DNA of 59,761 bases, filler included, from Nemertoderma westbladi (GCA_032718475.1; 3 parts of 3 records of this genome joined end to end with filler, not necessarily neighbours in it), one strand, 5' to 3'; positions 46,634 through 59,761 are shown, numbered from the whole stretch's first letter. A program made the numbers and translations. The notes: generated by a model not told the origin, from the letters alone.

Positions 46634-47255
46634 CTAATACTTGGAAGATGTCACGGAAAATGCAACTCGAAAGTTAGAGAGTAAAATCTATTAGGAATGT
46701 CTTGATATACGACTCATTAAAGAAAAAATGTGCACTTATTTTATTCCTACAATGTGGTGGTAATGTGAACTGGAAAGGTTCAAAAAACAAATTATACAAC
46801 CGTCGTCTTCTTATAATACTAGAACAAGGTGCGTCATTACAAATAATGCGATGGACAAAAAAGACGGTATTTCCTTTAGATGAATATGTTCATTTTTAGA
46901 GATTTTCTCACTGCAAGAGAAAATATTGAAATTTTTACAATATTAAAAACTAAAATTACAATAAAGTTTGTAACGGAAGAAAATCAACAAAATTTAATTA
47001 TATATTACGTATTTGCCTTCTTTATTACGTATTTACCTTCTGTTTTAATTGTTTGTAAACCTTATTTGCTACTTATTATCTCTCCCTCCTGACTTAGTTA
47101 AATACCGGATATGACGTACATAGATATATATTATATACCGTTTATACCGTTACTTACAATATAACAAGTTAGAATAAACCAATAATTGCATTGCAACATT
47201 ATGCTCAAATAAAGTAATATTACGGTGGGTTGGAAGTAGAACTATAAATACAATA

Positions 47256-47355
47256 NNNNNNNNNNNNNNNNNNNNNNNNNNNNNNNNNNNNNNNNNNNNT
47301 TAATTAATTAANNNNNNNNNNNNNNNNNNNNNNNNNNNNNNNNNNNNNNNNNNNN
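47256..47355. other. artificial contig-joining spacer
   Basis: N44-TTAATTAATTAA-N44. Confidence 0.95.
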
Positions 47356-50300
47356 CCCCACATACCTGTTGGTTGTACTCCAGTGACACCCCCCACATAC
47401 CTGTTGGTTGTACTCCAGTGACACCCCCCACATACCTGTTGGTTGTACTCCAGTGACACCCCCCACATACCTGTTGGTTGTACTCCAGTGACACCCCCCA
47501 CATACCTGTTGGTTGTACTCCAGTGACACCCCCCACATACCTGTTGGTTGTACTCCAGTGACACCCCCCACATACCTGTTGGTTGTACTCCAGTGACACC
47601 CCCCACATACCTGTTGGTTGTACTCCAGTGACACCCCCCACATACCTGTTGGTTGTACTCCAGTGACACCCCCCACATACCTGTTGGTTGTACTCCAGTG
47701 ACACCCCCCACATACCTGTTGGTTGTACTCCAGTGACACCCCCCACATACCTGTTGGTTGTACTCCAGTGACACCCCCCACATACCTGTTGGTTGTACTC
47801 CAGTGACACCCCCCACATACCTGTTGGTTGTACTCCAGTGACACCCCCCACATACCTGTTGGTTGTACTCCAGTGACACCCCCCACATACCTGTTGGTTG
47901 TACTCCAGTGACACCCCCCACATACCTGTTGGTTGTACTCCAGTGACACCCCCCACATACCTGTTGGTTGTACTCCAGTGACACCCCCCACATACCTGTT
48001 GGTTGTACTCCAGTGACACCCCCCACATACCTGTTGGTTGTACTCCAGTGACACCCCCCACATACCTGTTGGTTGTACTCCAGTGACACCCCCCACATAC
48101 CTGTTGGTTGTACTCCAGTGACACCCCCCACATACCTGTTGGTTGTACTCCAGTGACACCCCCCACATACCTGTTGGTTGTACTCCAGTGACACCCCCCA
48201 CCTACCTGTTGGTTGTACTCCAGTGACACCCCCCACATACCTGTTGGTTGTACTCCAGTGACACCCCCCACATACCTGTTGGTTGTACTCCAGTGACACC
48301 CCCCACATACCTGTTGGTTGTACTCCAGTGACACCCCCCACAAACCTGTTGGTTGTACTCCAGTGACACCCCCCACCTACCTGTTGGTTGTACTCCAGTG
48401 ACATCCCCCACATACCTGTTGGTTGTACTCCAGTGACATCCCCCACATACCTGTTGGTTGTACTCCAGTAACACCCCCCACATACCTGTTGGTTGTACTC
48501 CAGTGACACCCCCCACCTACCTGTTGGTTGTACTCCAGTGACACCCCCCACCTACATGTTGGTTGTACTCCAGTGACATCCCCCACATACCTGTTGGTTG
48601 TACTCCAGTAACACCCCCCACATACCTGTTGGTTGTACTCCAGTGACACCCCCACCTACATGTTGGTTGTACTCCAGTGACACCCACCACAAACGTGTTG
48701 GTTGTACTCCAGTGACACCCACCACCTACCTGTTGGTTGTACTCCAGTGACACCCCCCACCTACATGTTGGTTGTACTCCAGTGACATCCCCCACATACC
48801 TGTTGGTTGTACTCCAGTGACACCCCCCACCTACCTGTTGGTTGTACTCCAGTGACACCCCCCACCTACATGTTGGTTGTACTCCAGTGACATCCCCCAC
48901 ATACCTGTTGGTTGTACTCCAGTAACACCCCCCACATACCTGTTGGTTGTACTCCAGTGACACCCCCACCTACATGTTGGTTGTACTCCAGTGACACCCA
49001 CCACAAACGTGTTGGTTGTACTCCAGTGACACCCACCACCTACCTGTTGGTTGTACTCCAGTGACACCCCCCACATACCTGTTGGTTGTACTCCAGTGAC
49101 ACCCCCCACAAACCTGTTGGTTGTACTCCAGTGACACCCCCCACATACCTGTTGGTTGTACTCCAGTAACACCCCCCACATACCTGTTGGTTGTACTCCA
49201 GTGACACCCCCCACCTACCTGTTGGTTGTACTCCAGTGACACCCCCCACAAACCTGTTGGTTGTACTCCAGTGACACCCCCCACATACCTGTTGGTTGTA
49301 CTCCAGTAACACCCCCCACATACCTGTTGGTTGTACTCCAGTGACACCCCCCACCTACCTGTTGGTTGTACTCCAGTGACACCCACCACAAACCTGTTGG
49401 TTGTACTCCAGTGACACCCCCCACATACCTGTTGGTTGTACTCCAGTGACACCCCCCACATACCTGTTGGTTGTACTCCAGTAACACCCCCCACATACCT
49501 GTTGGTTGTACTCCAGTGACACCCCCCACCTACCTGTTGGTTGTACTCCAGTGACACCCCCCACATACCTGTTGGTTGTACTCCAGTGACACCCCCCACA
49601 AACCTGTTGGTTGTACTCCAGTGACACCCCCCACATACCTGTTGGTTGTACTCCAGTAACACCCCCCACATACCTGTTGGTTGTACTCCAGTGACACCCC
49701 CCACCTACCTGTTGGTTGTACTCCAGTGACACCCACCACAAACCTGTTGGTTGTACTCCAGTGACACCCCCCACATACCTGTTGGTTGTACTCCAGTGAC
49801 ACCCCCCACATACCTGTTGGTTGTACTCCAGTAACACCCCCCACATACCTGTTGGTTGTACTCCAGTGACACCCCCCACCTACCTGTTGGTTGTACTCCA
49901 GTGACACCCCCCACCTACCTGTTGGTTGTACTCCAGTGACACCCCCCACCTACCTGTTGGTTGTACTCCAGTGACACCCCCCACATACCTGTTGGTTGTA
50001 CTCCAGTGACACCCCCCACCTACCTGTTGGTTGTACTCCAGTGACACCCCCCACATACCTGTTGGTTGTACTCCAGTGACACCCCCCACCTACCTGTTGG
50101 TTGTACTCCAGTAACACCCCCCACATACCTGTTGGTTGTACTCCAGTGACACCCCCCACCTACCTGTTGGTTGTACTCCAGTGACACCCCCCACCTACCT
50201 GTTGGTTGTACTCCAGTGACACCCCCCACATACCTGTTGGTTGTACTCCAGTGACACCCCCCACAAACCTGTTGGTTGTACTCCAGTGACACCCCCCACA

Positions 50301-50712
50301 TACCTGTTGGTTGTACTCCAGTGACACCCCCCACATACCTGTTGGTTGTACTCCAGTAACACCCCCCACATACCTGTTGGTTGTACTCCAGTGACACCCC
50401 CCACCTACCTGTTGGTTGTACTCCAGTGACACCCCCCACATACCTGTTGGTTGTACTCCAGTAACACCCCCCACATACCTGTTGGTTGTACTCCAGTAAC
50501 ACCCCCCACATACCTGTTGGTTGTACTCCAGTGACACCCCCCACATACCTGTTGGTTGTACTCCAGGGACCCCACCCCACATACCTGTTGGTTGTACTCC
50601 AGTGACACCCCCCACCTACATGTTGGTTGTACTCCAGTGACACCCCCCACATACCTGTTGGTTGTACTCCAGTAACACCCCCCACATACCTGTTGGTTGT
50701 ACTCCAGTGACA
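47356..50712. repeat. 35-bp tandem satellite, about 96 copies, open at the gap
   Basis: Unit CCCCACATACCTGTTGGTTGTACTCCAGTGACACC. Confidence 0.97.
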
Positions 50713-50739
50713 CTGGAGCTAGAATTGGAGCACTGGAGC

Positions 50740-50930
50740 ACACATTGGCTAGAATGCCTCACAATAGACTACCAAATATAGCACCCAATCTGCAACCACT
50801 CGATGGCAAAAAGAAAAGGAAAGGCAGGCCACGTTTTTCGTTTCGGCAAACTATTCAAAAAGACTTCCAATCTGCCAACATAACGGTACAAGAAGCCATA
50901 CAATTCGCACAGGACAGATCTGGATAATAA
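50740..50930 (+). mobile_element. RTE-clade LINE 3' fragment
   Basis: HTLARMPHNRLPNIAPNLQPLDGKKKRKGRPRFSFRQTIQKDF...EAIQFAQDRSG matches the RTE ORF C-terminal pattern H..RM...RLP...P.GKR.RGRP...I.KD...A.DR. Confidence 0.75.
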
Positions 50931-51380
50931 ACAATTAATTAAAGACATGTAAACTGTAAGTTAGAGAATAATCATCTTATGTTACCAATCCGAAAAATAG
51001 TAAATACCAAGTACTCACAACATTTATAATTTATAGATTTTAGAACAGTTAGACAACGTTAGTTGTTGAAAGTTAGTTGTTGGTTAGTTGAAAAAGTTAG
51101 TAACGTCTTAAACAGACAGATGAATTGCAATTTGTTATGGTACTGTACAAAATTTGATTAAAACATAACCGCGTCAAATAATAGAGCTAAGAAATTTCTT
51201 AGCTTTATAACAAATAATTGTACCAATATAATAATATAAATATATAATTATATAAATAAAATAATAGTATAATTTATTGACGTCGTGATCAATACATAGT
51301 TAGTCATGTTTAGTTGACTTGTCAGAAAATTAGGGTGGGGCCGGCCCACCTGGCCCATACTGACAGATCGCCACTGTCCT

Positions 51381-51737
51381 TTAACTTGCCCCTTCAGGCT
51401 GTAGACCTACAGTACTTAATGCTTGTAATACACCAGAACAGTGATCTGCTGATGCTGAGTTGATTCATCCAATCCGCCATTGGTCAACACCTAACAACCA
51501 ACCAGCAGACAGTATTTGGTATTCAATTATTACTTTTTTTTAAGGTCGAAAATGGGGCGAAATTATATGATTTTATTAATTAAAGAATGTAAATTGTAAT
51601 TTCTAATAATACCTACTGTATCGACTGCCTGTACCTACTGTATCTACTGTATCTTACTGGAAAGCGAGATTTTGTAGATTGTTTGATAATTTCGATATTT
51701 TCGTTGATAATTTCGTCTTTTTCGTTAGTTTCGGGAT
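51381..51737 (+). repeat. dispersed repeat, copy 1
   Basis: GCTTGTAATACACCAGAACA...CCGCCATTGGTCAACACCTAACAACCAACCAGCAGACAGTATTTGGTAT... Inverted copy at about 53797-54063 plus 52800-52866; partial direct copy at 54347-54570. Confidence 0.8.
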
Positions 51738-51941
51738 TACCTCTGGTTTACCAGTCCGTTTATCAGAATACGTTGCCATCGCTAGAAAAAACACTAACTT
51801 ACAGTATAATGATTAACTAACTTATTAATTACTATTTATAATTTTACAGGTTCCAAAAGCCTAAAATTTAATATTTTCCAAGGATAGACTACCACTCCCA
51901 AGGACAAACTAATTTATTTAACCTACAGTAACTTAGCAACG

Positions 51942-51996
51942 ATGATGTTTCATAGCCTTTTGTTGTTCACTGCATTATTCGTTAGGATCAGTACAG
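51942..51996 (+). CDS. probable first coding exon (signal peptide) of a secreted or membrane protein
   Basis: MMFHSLLLFTALFVRIST(G) followed by a consensus phase-1 donor CAG|GTAAGT; acceptor ATTTTACAG at 51849. Downstream exons not found. Confidence 0.5.
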
Positions 51997-53657
51997 GTAA
52001 GTCGAAATTCATATTATTGATATCTTCATATTGTCTAGCTACAGTATATAGCGTATACCGAGTTATATCATGCGATATACACCTCACAAACTATAATATT
52101 GAATCAACATTTAGATTGTTGATGAACTCTTAATAAAATGAAGTGCAATTATTCTCTAAATTATGCAGTAATATGGTTTTCATCATTTTCGGAGAACTCT
52201 TCGATTTACACTCTCAGCGTTTCAAAGCGTTCCAAGCGTTTGGTTTTGGCTATAGAATAGGTACCTAAGATGCTATTCTACATGACAGGTCAGAAAAATT
52301 TTCAGAAAGAAATCAGAAAGATCGAAGAATCGAAAAACGAACAATCAGAAAGATTTTTCGCTATTTAATACTAGTTAACAATAAAAAAAACTTGATTGCG
52401 CTTAAAACCCTAAGGCTTTTACAGTTTTGAATCTAAACACATGAAAGTTTTTTATATGGTAGTTCAAAGATGGGGCAACTTTATTATCAGGCGAAACAGG
52501 CGAAATCAGGTGAACAGGCAAGAGCCTAAAAAAGATTCTCCCATTCATAAACCACAATTGGATATTGAGTTCCGTTATGGAATACGCCTCGCAGACACTA
52601 AAGTAACAATAACTATTTGCTCAACTTACATACGTGCAAATAATTTCTACTTCGTTGCCGCCCTTTCACCACATGTAATAAAATTTAAGAAATTCCACCA
52701 AACACGCTTTCGCTTATTTTACGTTTTATCGCTGGTCAAAAACGTAAAATCAATGTAATCCTATGGGATACTTTTTCACCCATGGAAAAAAGTACTCCAT
52801 TTTCTCCCGATTTTGGATAGTTATAAAACCCGAAAATATCGAAAAAGACGAAATTATCAACGAATATATATATAATATATATATATATATAATAATATTA
52901 TTTTAAGAATTCGAAAATCGGGACTTATATGATCAATCACTAAAAATTTAAATTGGGATTTCGATTGTTTATAAGCTTCCTCATAATCACTTACATGTTC
53001 TAAGATTATGTTATTATCTTTGATTGACACAGAATTCATGGAGCCGGTATTTTTCTTTGAAGCACGACATGTCGAGTAAACACTAGAACGAATTAACCCT
53101 GCTAAATTATGCGCATCATTACGTACACTGTTAAATGTTGCTTTGATACTGCGGCATAAATTCTCATTAGCCTTTTCTTGGTCAACTCTAAATTTTAAGC
53201 AAACTGGAGGAGCGATTTTAGGGTGCAGATTTAGCTCATAGGCGCGTGCTAAGAGAACCTTTGAGCAGGGCCCATTGAGTTAAATTTCACTTTAACAAAT
53301 AAAGGTAAATGATCAGATAAATACCATTATTTGTCCATGACACCAAAAGATTCTACGAGAGAGCGTGATCTTTTATTACATAGTACAATATCGACAATAT
53401 CGACCCCCCTTGTTAAAGGTAAATGAGCCTGGTAATTGTTTACCATTCATAATAGAGTGATTTAGTGGGCCAATAACTAAAGCGGAGAAGATATCAGCTA
53501 GTGACTTTCCCATCGAGTTGCAACCTTTATCAACATTGTCAACATAAGACCATGGCAGGCCATTGAGAACATTTGGAAAATTTCCCATACGACAATTCAG
53601 GTCACCTCCATCGATTGGCTGGAGATCGCATGATAAGGAGTCAGCAATAAAGGCCCA

Positions 53658-53717
53658 TGCTACCATATTGCTACCATATTGCTACCATATTGCTACCATA
53701 TTGCTACCATATTGCTA
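53658..53717. repeat. 11-bp tandem repeat, about 5 copies
   Basis: (TGCTACCATAT)n. Confidence 0.9.
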
Positions 53718-53796
53718 GATTGCTGGCATTGTAGTTAGCAGAGTCATAGGGGTATATATATATATGACCCTCCAATAAGAGTGGAAGGTTGAAAGA

Positions 53797-54063
53797 AACT
53801 ATCGAAATTACAAAACTATCTACAAAATCTTGCTTTCCAATAAGATAGGTATTATTTAGAAGGCACACTTTACATTTTTTAATTAGTAAAATCCGATAAT
53901 TTCGCCCCATTTTTTGCCTTAAATTTAATTTCATACCAAAATACTGTCTGCTGGTTGGTTGTTAGGTGTTGACCAATGGCGGCTTGGATGAATCAATTCA
54001 GCGTCAGCAGATAATTGTTCTGGTGTATTACAAGCAAGGTAAAGCCTGAAGGGATAAAGTTAA
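53797..54063 (-). repeat. dispersed repeat, copy 2 (inverted relative to 51381-51737)
   Basis: AATACTGTCTGCTGGTTGGTTGTTAGGTGTTGACCAATGGCGG...TGTTCTGGTGTATTACAAGC is the reverse complement of copy 1. Confidence 0.8.
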
Positions 54064-54346
54064 GGGAACCGGTCCGGTCAGCCGGTACCCTAACTCAACA
54101 CTGCATAGGCCTACGCATTACGACATACGGTACCCCGCGTTACAGGTGTACACTATACAGTGATTGCCAGGCAAGTGGCTCGGCGCAGCGGGTGTGGACA
54201 GGCTGGACTGGTGAACGTAACTACACAGAACTGTTGTGCAGCAGTCGCAATGCAGTAGGCCTACACTCCGACTGTACTGTCCTAATTTGAGCGCCATCTT
54301 GTGGTGTTTTGCCATCATTGGATTACCCCTAAATACCAATCAGAAG

Positions 54347-54570
54347 AGACAGTATTTGGTATTAAATTACTTATAGGGTCGAAAATGGGCCGAAATTATC
54401 GGATTTTATTAATTAAAAATGTAAAGTATGCCTTCTAATAATACCGATCTCTCTGGAAAGTTAGATTTTATTTAAAGTTTAATAATTTCGATATTTTCGT
54501 TAATAATTTCGACTTTTTCGTAATTTTCGGGTTTTATAACTATCCCCAGATTTTGGAGAAAAAGTGAAAA
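54347..54570 (+). repeat. dispersed repeat, partial copy 3
   Basis: AGACAGTATTTGGTATT...GGTCGAAAATGGG...ATAATTTCGATATTTTCGTT matches 51507-51737. Confidence 0.75.
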
Positions 54571-54754
54571 AGTAACAATTAAAGAATAAAGATTATTATT
54601 TTATATACAAAATTCCTGCTAAATGCAATTCATACATACTGTATAATATAGTACCGGTACATTATAATACATAATGCGTAAATAATACAGTATAGTATAA
54701 AATGGTATGTTAGAAAAAAATTAAAGAATAAAGTATTATCATAAATATATATTC

Positions 54755-54940
54755 GTACAGTAGGCCTACCGTACCGTACCTACCGTACCGTACAGTAGGC
54801 CTACCGTACCGTACCTACCGTACCGTACAGTAGGCCTACCGTACCGTACCTACCGTACCGTACAGTAGGCCTACCGTACCGTACCTACCGTACCGTACAG
54901 TAGGCCTACCGTACCGTACCTACCGTACCGTACAGTAGGC
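54755..54940. repeat. 35-bp minisatellite, about 5 copies
   Basis: Unit GTACAGTAGGCCTACCGTACCGTACCTACCGTACC. Confidence 0.93.
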
Positions 54941-56311
54941 TTACATGCTATCACCCATTAAGTATGAGGGAGGGGAAGATAAATTTTGTTGCAAATGTCA
55001 TTCAATCTCATTAGGATTTGTAGAAAATTGTGGGGAGATTCCAAGTCACTTTAAAGGAATACAGGAAATATTGTAGGCCTACATAATATACAGTAAGTAT
55101 AATAAATAGTACTTTTATTGTATTGTATCCTTTTCGCTAAATTATACGCCAAAATGGGGAGAAAAGGAATAATTTCCTCCCTTCGGAAAAAATCATATCA
55201 AAATCATATTCAATTTGGGGCTTATTGTGTGATAAATATTATTCAGTTCGCATTGTAGTCTACACGTTTTTATTCTAATCATACTAAATTCGTTATTCTA
55301 AGTTACGAATTTAATTAATACGCCATAGTAGGCCTACAGTACATACAGTATGTGTATGAACATGAACACCTCACCCTACGGCACCATTCTGCCAACAGCC
55401 ACGGAAAGAAACCATCAACGGCCTGGGGATTTTCATTGAATTAACACGAAAAGTAAAACTTGGAGTAAACTTATCCCTCTACAACTTAAATTATGAATTT
55501 GGTTTGTAAAAATTTATTTTTGTGTTTTTCTAGTTGAAATGACCTCAAATATGGAGGAAAATTTTTTTTTTGAATATTTTGCACAGGTTTTAGCGGTTTG
55601 TATCAAATATGACACTCTGCGTTTTCAACATTGGATCATATATGATACAAAATAGGTAGATGATAAAAAAAAAACATGCAGTAAATGCCACCCCCCCCCC
55701 CTCTGTATTGCGTCCCCCCAATTAATATACTGTAGGATCTACCGTACTGTCCTTATAAAATATGTAGTAGTTTTTGAGATAAAAAACAAGCAGCAAATGT
55801 CCTCCCCTGTAATGCGTCCCCCCATTACAGGCTCTATATACTGTCCTACGACATGTAGCCCATGTTGTAATGGTTCCAGTTTATTTTATTATCTGGAATG
55901 ACAATTGGATATAATACAGTATGTTGCAGAGTAGACAGACACCCTACGAAACTGGCATTATAGGTGGGACATTCCATTACAGGGGGGACTAACTTAAAAC
56001 CCAAATGGAGCTAGTCGAAGTAAATTGAATAGCTGTTCATTGTGCTCATCAAATCATCCTATAAAAGAGCTTTCGAATGATATATGTTTCTAGGTTTTGA
56101 AACAATAACATTTTGACGAAAATTGATACCGTAGCACCAAAGCTACTGGAGAGTTTTAAGCAATAAACAAAGCGGCCAACGGAAGGGAAGCCAACCCAGA
56201 TTGGCAACCCAAAACAACAATGATAGATTTAGTCAGCACTAAATCTATTACACATTAAGTAAGGGGAACAATCTCACTATTAAACTACACGGGAATGGAA
56301 TGACCGGTAGT

Positions 56312-58750
56312 ATACTACTACTAGGATCGGCATGCTGCAATGCAGCTGCATTTTTAAGAATGCTGTGCCGGCTTATCGACAAAATTGCACCTTCTCAACT
56401 CCCTATCACCCATGACATTTGCTAGATCATCCGCATCTTCAAGGCCAGTGTCCTTTAAGATGCGTCTCAAGAAAGTCATGGGCTGTCCACCATGCTTATT
56501 CACTCCATGAGGCTGCCAAATTAGAAGATTATGCACTGGCTGGTCCTCACGGCGAAAGCAATGTCCTGCAAAGCGGAGGCGATTTTGTTCTAGTGTCAAG
56601 CTTGGGGGAACCAATGAAACACCTCCAATGTTATATAGTGTCTGGTTGGAGATGTGTGCATTGTACTTGACACAATGAACCCGGCGTAGCATTCTTGTGA
56701 ATGTGCCATCCAGAGATTTGGTGTCCTCAGCAGTTAGAGCCCAGCATGGACTCCCATAGAGGAGTACTTGTACTACTGCTGCTCTAAATAATCGGACCTT
56801 AAGTTTCCGATTAATTCTCGGTGACTTCGAAATCCTGGAAAGCCTATTCAAGGCTGCCCATGCCTTTCCCTTACGTATTCGAAGGTCCTCACCTGACTTC
56901 CGGATCCATGATCCCAGGTAACAGAAGTCATCCACATGCTCAAGCATACCATCTTTTGAGCTTATGCTCATCCGATCAGAGACTTGCTGAGGACTTTCAA
57001 AGTTAACTGTCAAAATTTTGGTCTTTCTGGAGTTAATAAAAAGACCAACACTAGAAGCAGCATGTTCTAATGAGCTGAGGAGCCGTTGAACTCCCTCTAG
57101 TGATTCTGAGAGTACTCCTAAGTCATCAGCAAAGTCTAGATCAGTTAGGTACTTGGCAGGATTTCCTCGACTTCTGGAGCCAGTAGGTGGAGTTATCATC
57201 ACCCCATCATCATTATGATGAGCTAAGGACATGCGTAGAACATAGTCAACAACAATTATGAACAAGAATGGTGCAAGTGTGTCTCCCTGGAGGACGCCCC
57301 ATAACACTTCAAATGGTTCTGTGTCACCGTCAACAGTAGACACAAATGTTGTCGAACCATCGTATACTGATCTGATTGCTGCAATAATTTCATCAGGAAT
57401 CCCATATAATGAAAGTATGCTGAACATACGTGAGCGAGAGACTGAATCAAAGGCCTTGAAGAAGTCAACAAAGATAACAGCCAGATGCCTGTCTTTCTTT
57501 TTGGATAACTCTTCAATTATCCTTCTAAGTGCCAAAATAGGCTCCATGGTCCCACGACCTTTACGGAACCCATTCTGATTTCCACGGAGCAGTCTCTCAA
57601 TGGGATCCCTGATGCGATTTAATAGAATTCTATTGTATAGCTTTGCAGCAATCGAGATCAATGAGATTCCCCGAAAAGAACCATAGAGTGTTAGGTTGCC
57701 CTTCTTGGGAACTGGCACCAACTTATTTGTTTTCATTTCTTGTGGGACTCTTGTTGTACGGTACATGTCTACTATGATGGGATAGATGAGCTTTAAACAC
57801 TCAGGTATTTTAAAGACCTCAGGGGAACACCATCTACTCCACTGGCACGATTGGTCTTAATGCTCTTTGCAGCATCCTTCACTTTTGCAAAGGAGATATC
57901 ACCAATGGGAATATCTGGGAGTACAGACTCAGACACTTTTACTTCTATATAGTTATCAGGCAATACCCTGTCATTATTGAGGAGCTTTTCAAAGTTGGCC
58001 TTCCAACCATTGAGGCGATCGTCTGGTGATTCAGCCTTAACCTTGGTGGTTGGTTGGCTTTTTCGACCAGCAAGCAAGTTGATCGATCTCCATGCCTGGG
58101 ATGATTGCCTGCTGTCATCAGCATCATTGATGTCATCAACCTGTTGGTTTATTAGCTCCTGTAAATTAACAGAGTACTGCCTGTTCAGGGACCTAGATGC
58201 AGCCTTAACTGCATTCTTGGCCGCTGTAGTCTGTTTGAGTCGGGACTCTTTCTGCGCCTTGTAGAGGTCATTTCGGCACTTCTGAATTTTGTTGTCAGTC
58301 CAGGGGGCCCGTTTCCTGTTTCGAGGGTATACAGGAACTGTTTCTGCAGCTGCTAACTTAACTGCCTCTGTGAAGGCAGTATAGCTCTCACAGTGTCACA
58401 GTGATCTGCCGCCTCAGAGGCAAGAACCTCATACCTGTTGCTCAGCTGTAGTGTGAAGCTGGATCTCACACTTGGCTGTTGCAACAGAGAGGACCAGTCA
58501 TGCCGCGGCAAGGCGGATTTCGTTGTTCTGCTAGCACGCAGACTAAGTCTTACCTTGGCCACAATAAGGCGGTGATCACTGGAGAAGGGTCGTAGTGTAA
58601 ATGCATTACAGTCTTGTATAGTGCTCCTGTATTTCCTACGAAACATGATATGGTCTATCTGGGACTTGTGACCACTGGGTCCACTATGAGTCCATAGCTT
58701 TCCAGTTCGCTTTTTGAACTGGGTAGTATGGATATTAGTTGTGAGTATAA
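56312..58750 (-). mobile_element. 5'-truncated, frameshifted RTE-clade LINE (APE endonuclease C-half + RT)
   Basis: EN motifs SQIDHIM and SDHRLIVAK (58353-58766); RT motifs VPKKG, RGISL, QNGFRKGR, FVDFFKAFDSV, GVLQGDTLAP, DFADD and YLGS (56354-57766). Several frame breaks; short 3' UTR ending in (TAG)3. Confidence 0.92.
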
Positions 58751-59761
58751 CTCCGGGTATATCCAAATGCCATAATTTCAGGTTTTAAGGGTAGTTTGGC
58801 TTTCCAAGTAGGTATCCCATACAGGTCTACATTGAGTGCAATGGGGAAGACATGGATAAAGCTTGGTACATATGCAGTATGCACCCAGGGGAATTGATAA
58901 ATAAAATGGTACTGTAGCTAGTAGCTATGATACATCATGGAAACCAGGCTAAAGAGGTAAATTAATATAGAATAGGGCGTTTTAAGTTTTAAGAGGCCAA
59001 ACATTCCTGTCCACTCTTCTAAACGTTCCCACGCGTTGGGAGGTTTTGCATGTTTGACCTCCGTCGACAAAATCAATTCTAGCGTTTCGAAATATGTTTA
59101 AAATCAATCCAATCTATTACTGGAAGATAGCCCATTAAATTCTGGACAAAATGATAACACATATTATTATACAAATGAGTAAATAGATTGGTATACCAAA
59201 GCCCCCAACCCTACCCTATATAACTTTTTCACTTTTTTAAAAATGTTCTAGAATAAAAAATGTATTCTAGAACATTTAATAATTAGCTATGTAACAAAAG
59301 CCAGACAGCTAAGATTTTGAAAAATTGATAAAAGAATCTAGTTAGTATAGAAAGTGGAGGGTGGATGAAAAACTGGCACTAGTGGCTAATATTTTTTTCC
59401 CCATATATAGGGGAAAAAAGTTATATTTTTACTGCCGATTTTGGGGTATATTCGAGCGAAAAAGTACAAATTTAAGAATAAAAGTATTATTAGAAAATGT
59501 GAAAATATTTTCGGTGGAATTTTAAATTTCTTAGATTTAAATTTAATTTCTGATTTAATTTAGGCATATGCATCGAAGTAGAAAAGGTTTGCACGTAATT
59601 TGAGAAAGATCCATTCATACACTCAAAGGTTATTGCAACTAAAACTGTATACAGTAGTGCCTGCACGGTGTCCAACAAGATCTGTTTTTTTGTAATATGT
59701 TTTTTTATTTATAAAGCTACTGTTCCGAAAGGATCTGCTATATTTTACCCTGAAAACTGAG

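Noticed and set aside
47300-50743. Many Gly/Cys/Trp-rich ORFs on the minus strand
   Set aside because: Frame-cycling translation of the 35-bp satellite.
52857-53666. Minus-strand ORF fragments in the segment interrupting repeat copy 2
   Set aside because: May be a decayed coding or TE fragment, but there is no recognisable motif or splice structure.

Overview
Eukaryotic, repeat-rich, AT-rich genomic DNA, probably from an invertebrate animal (inferred from gene content). Two artificial N44-TTAATTAATTAA-N44 linkers (20597-20696 and 47256-47355) split the window into three contigs, so adjacency across them is unproven. Contig 1 (1-20596) is heterochromatin-like. It holds two diverged minus-strand copies of an unusual LTR retrotransposon family, a 29-bp and a 57-bp satellite, a MITE, and an intact-looking Gypsy element with a canonical -1 frameshift signal nested in a triple-CCHC ORF. 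Contig 2 (20697-47255) is genic. It has an intronless GH20 beta-hexosaminidase, a small Helitron, a U1 snRNA gene, an intronless F-box/LRR gene and a 7-exon IQ-motif gene (about 860 aa, all splice phases consistent). Intron 5 of the IQ gene carries a same-strand PTF1/Fer-like bHLH gene, a 31-bp satellite and a LINE relic. Contig 3 (47356-59761) has a 35-bp satellite, RTE LINE remnants, a signal-peptide exon between inverted repeats and a minisatellite built from transposon-footprint-like motifs. The most interesting signal is the LTR at 1420-1941. It has a PPT on one side and a gag-like leader on the other, no tRNA-type PBS, and a four-fold reiterated 9-nt site complementary to a sequence inside the LTR, which suggests Tf1-style self-priming. 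All calls were made by eye, without database searches.
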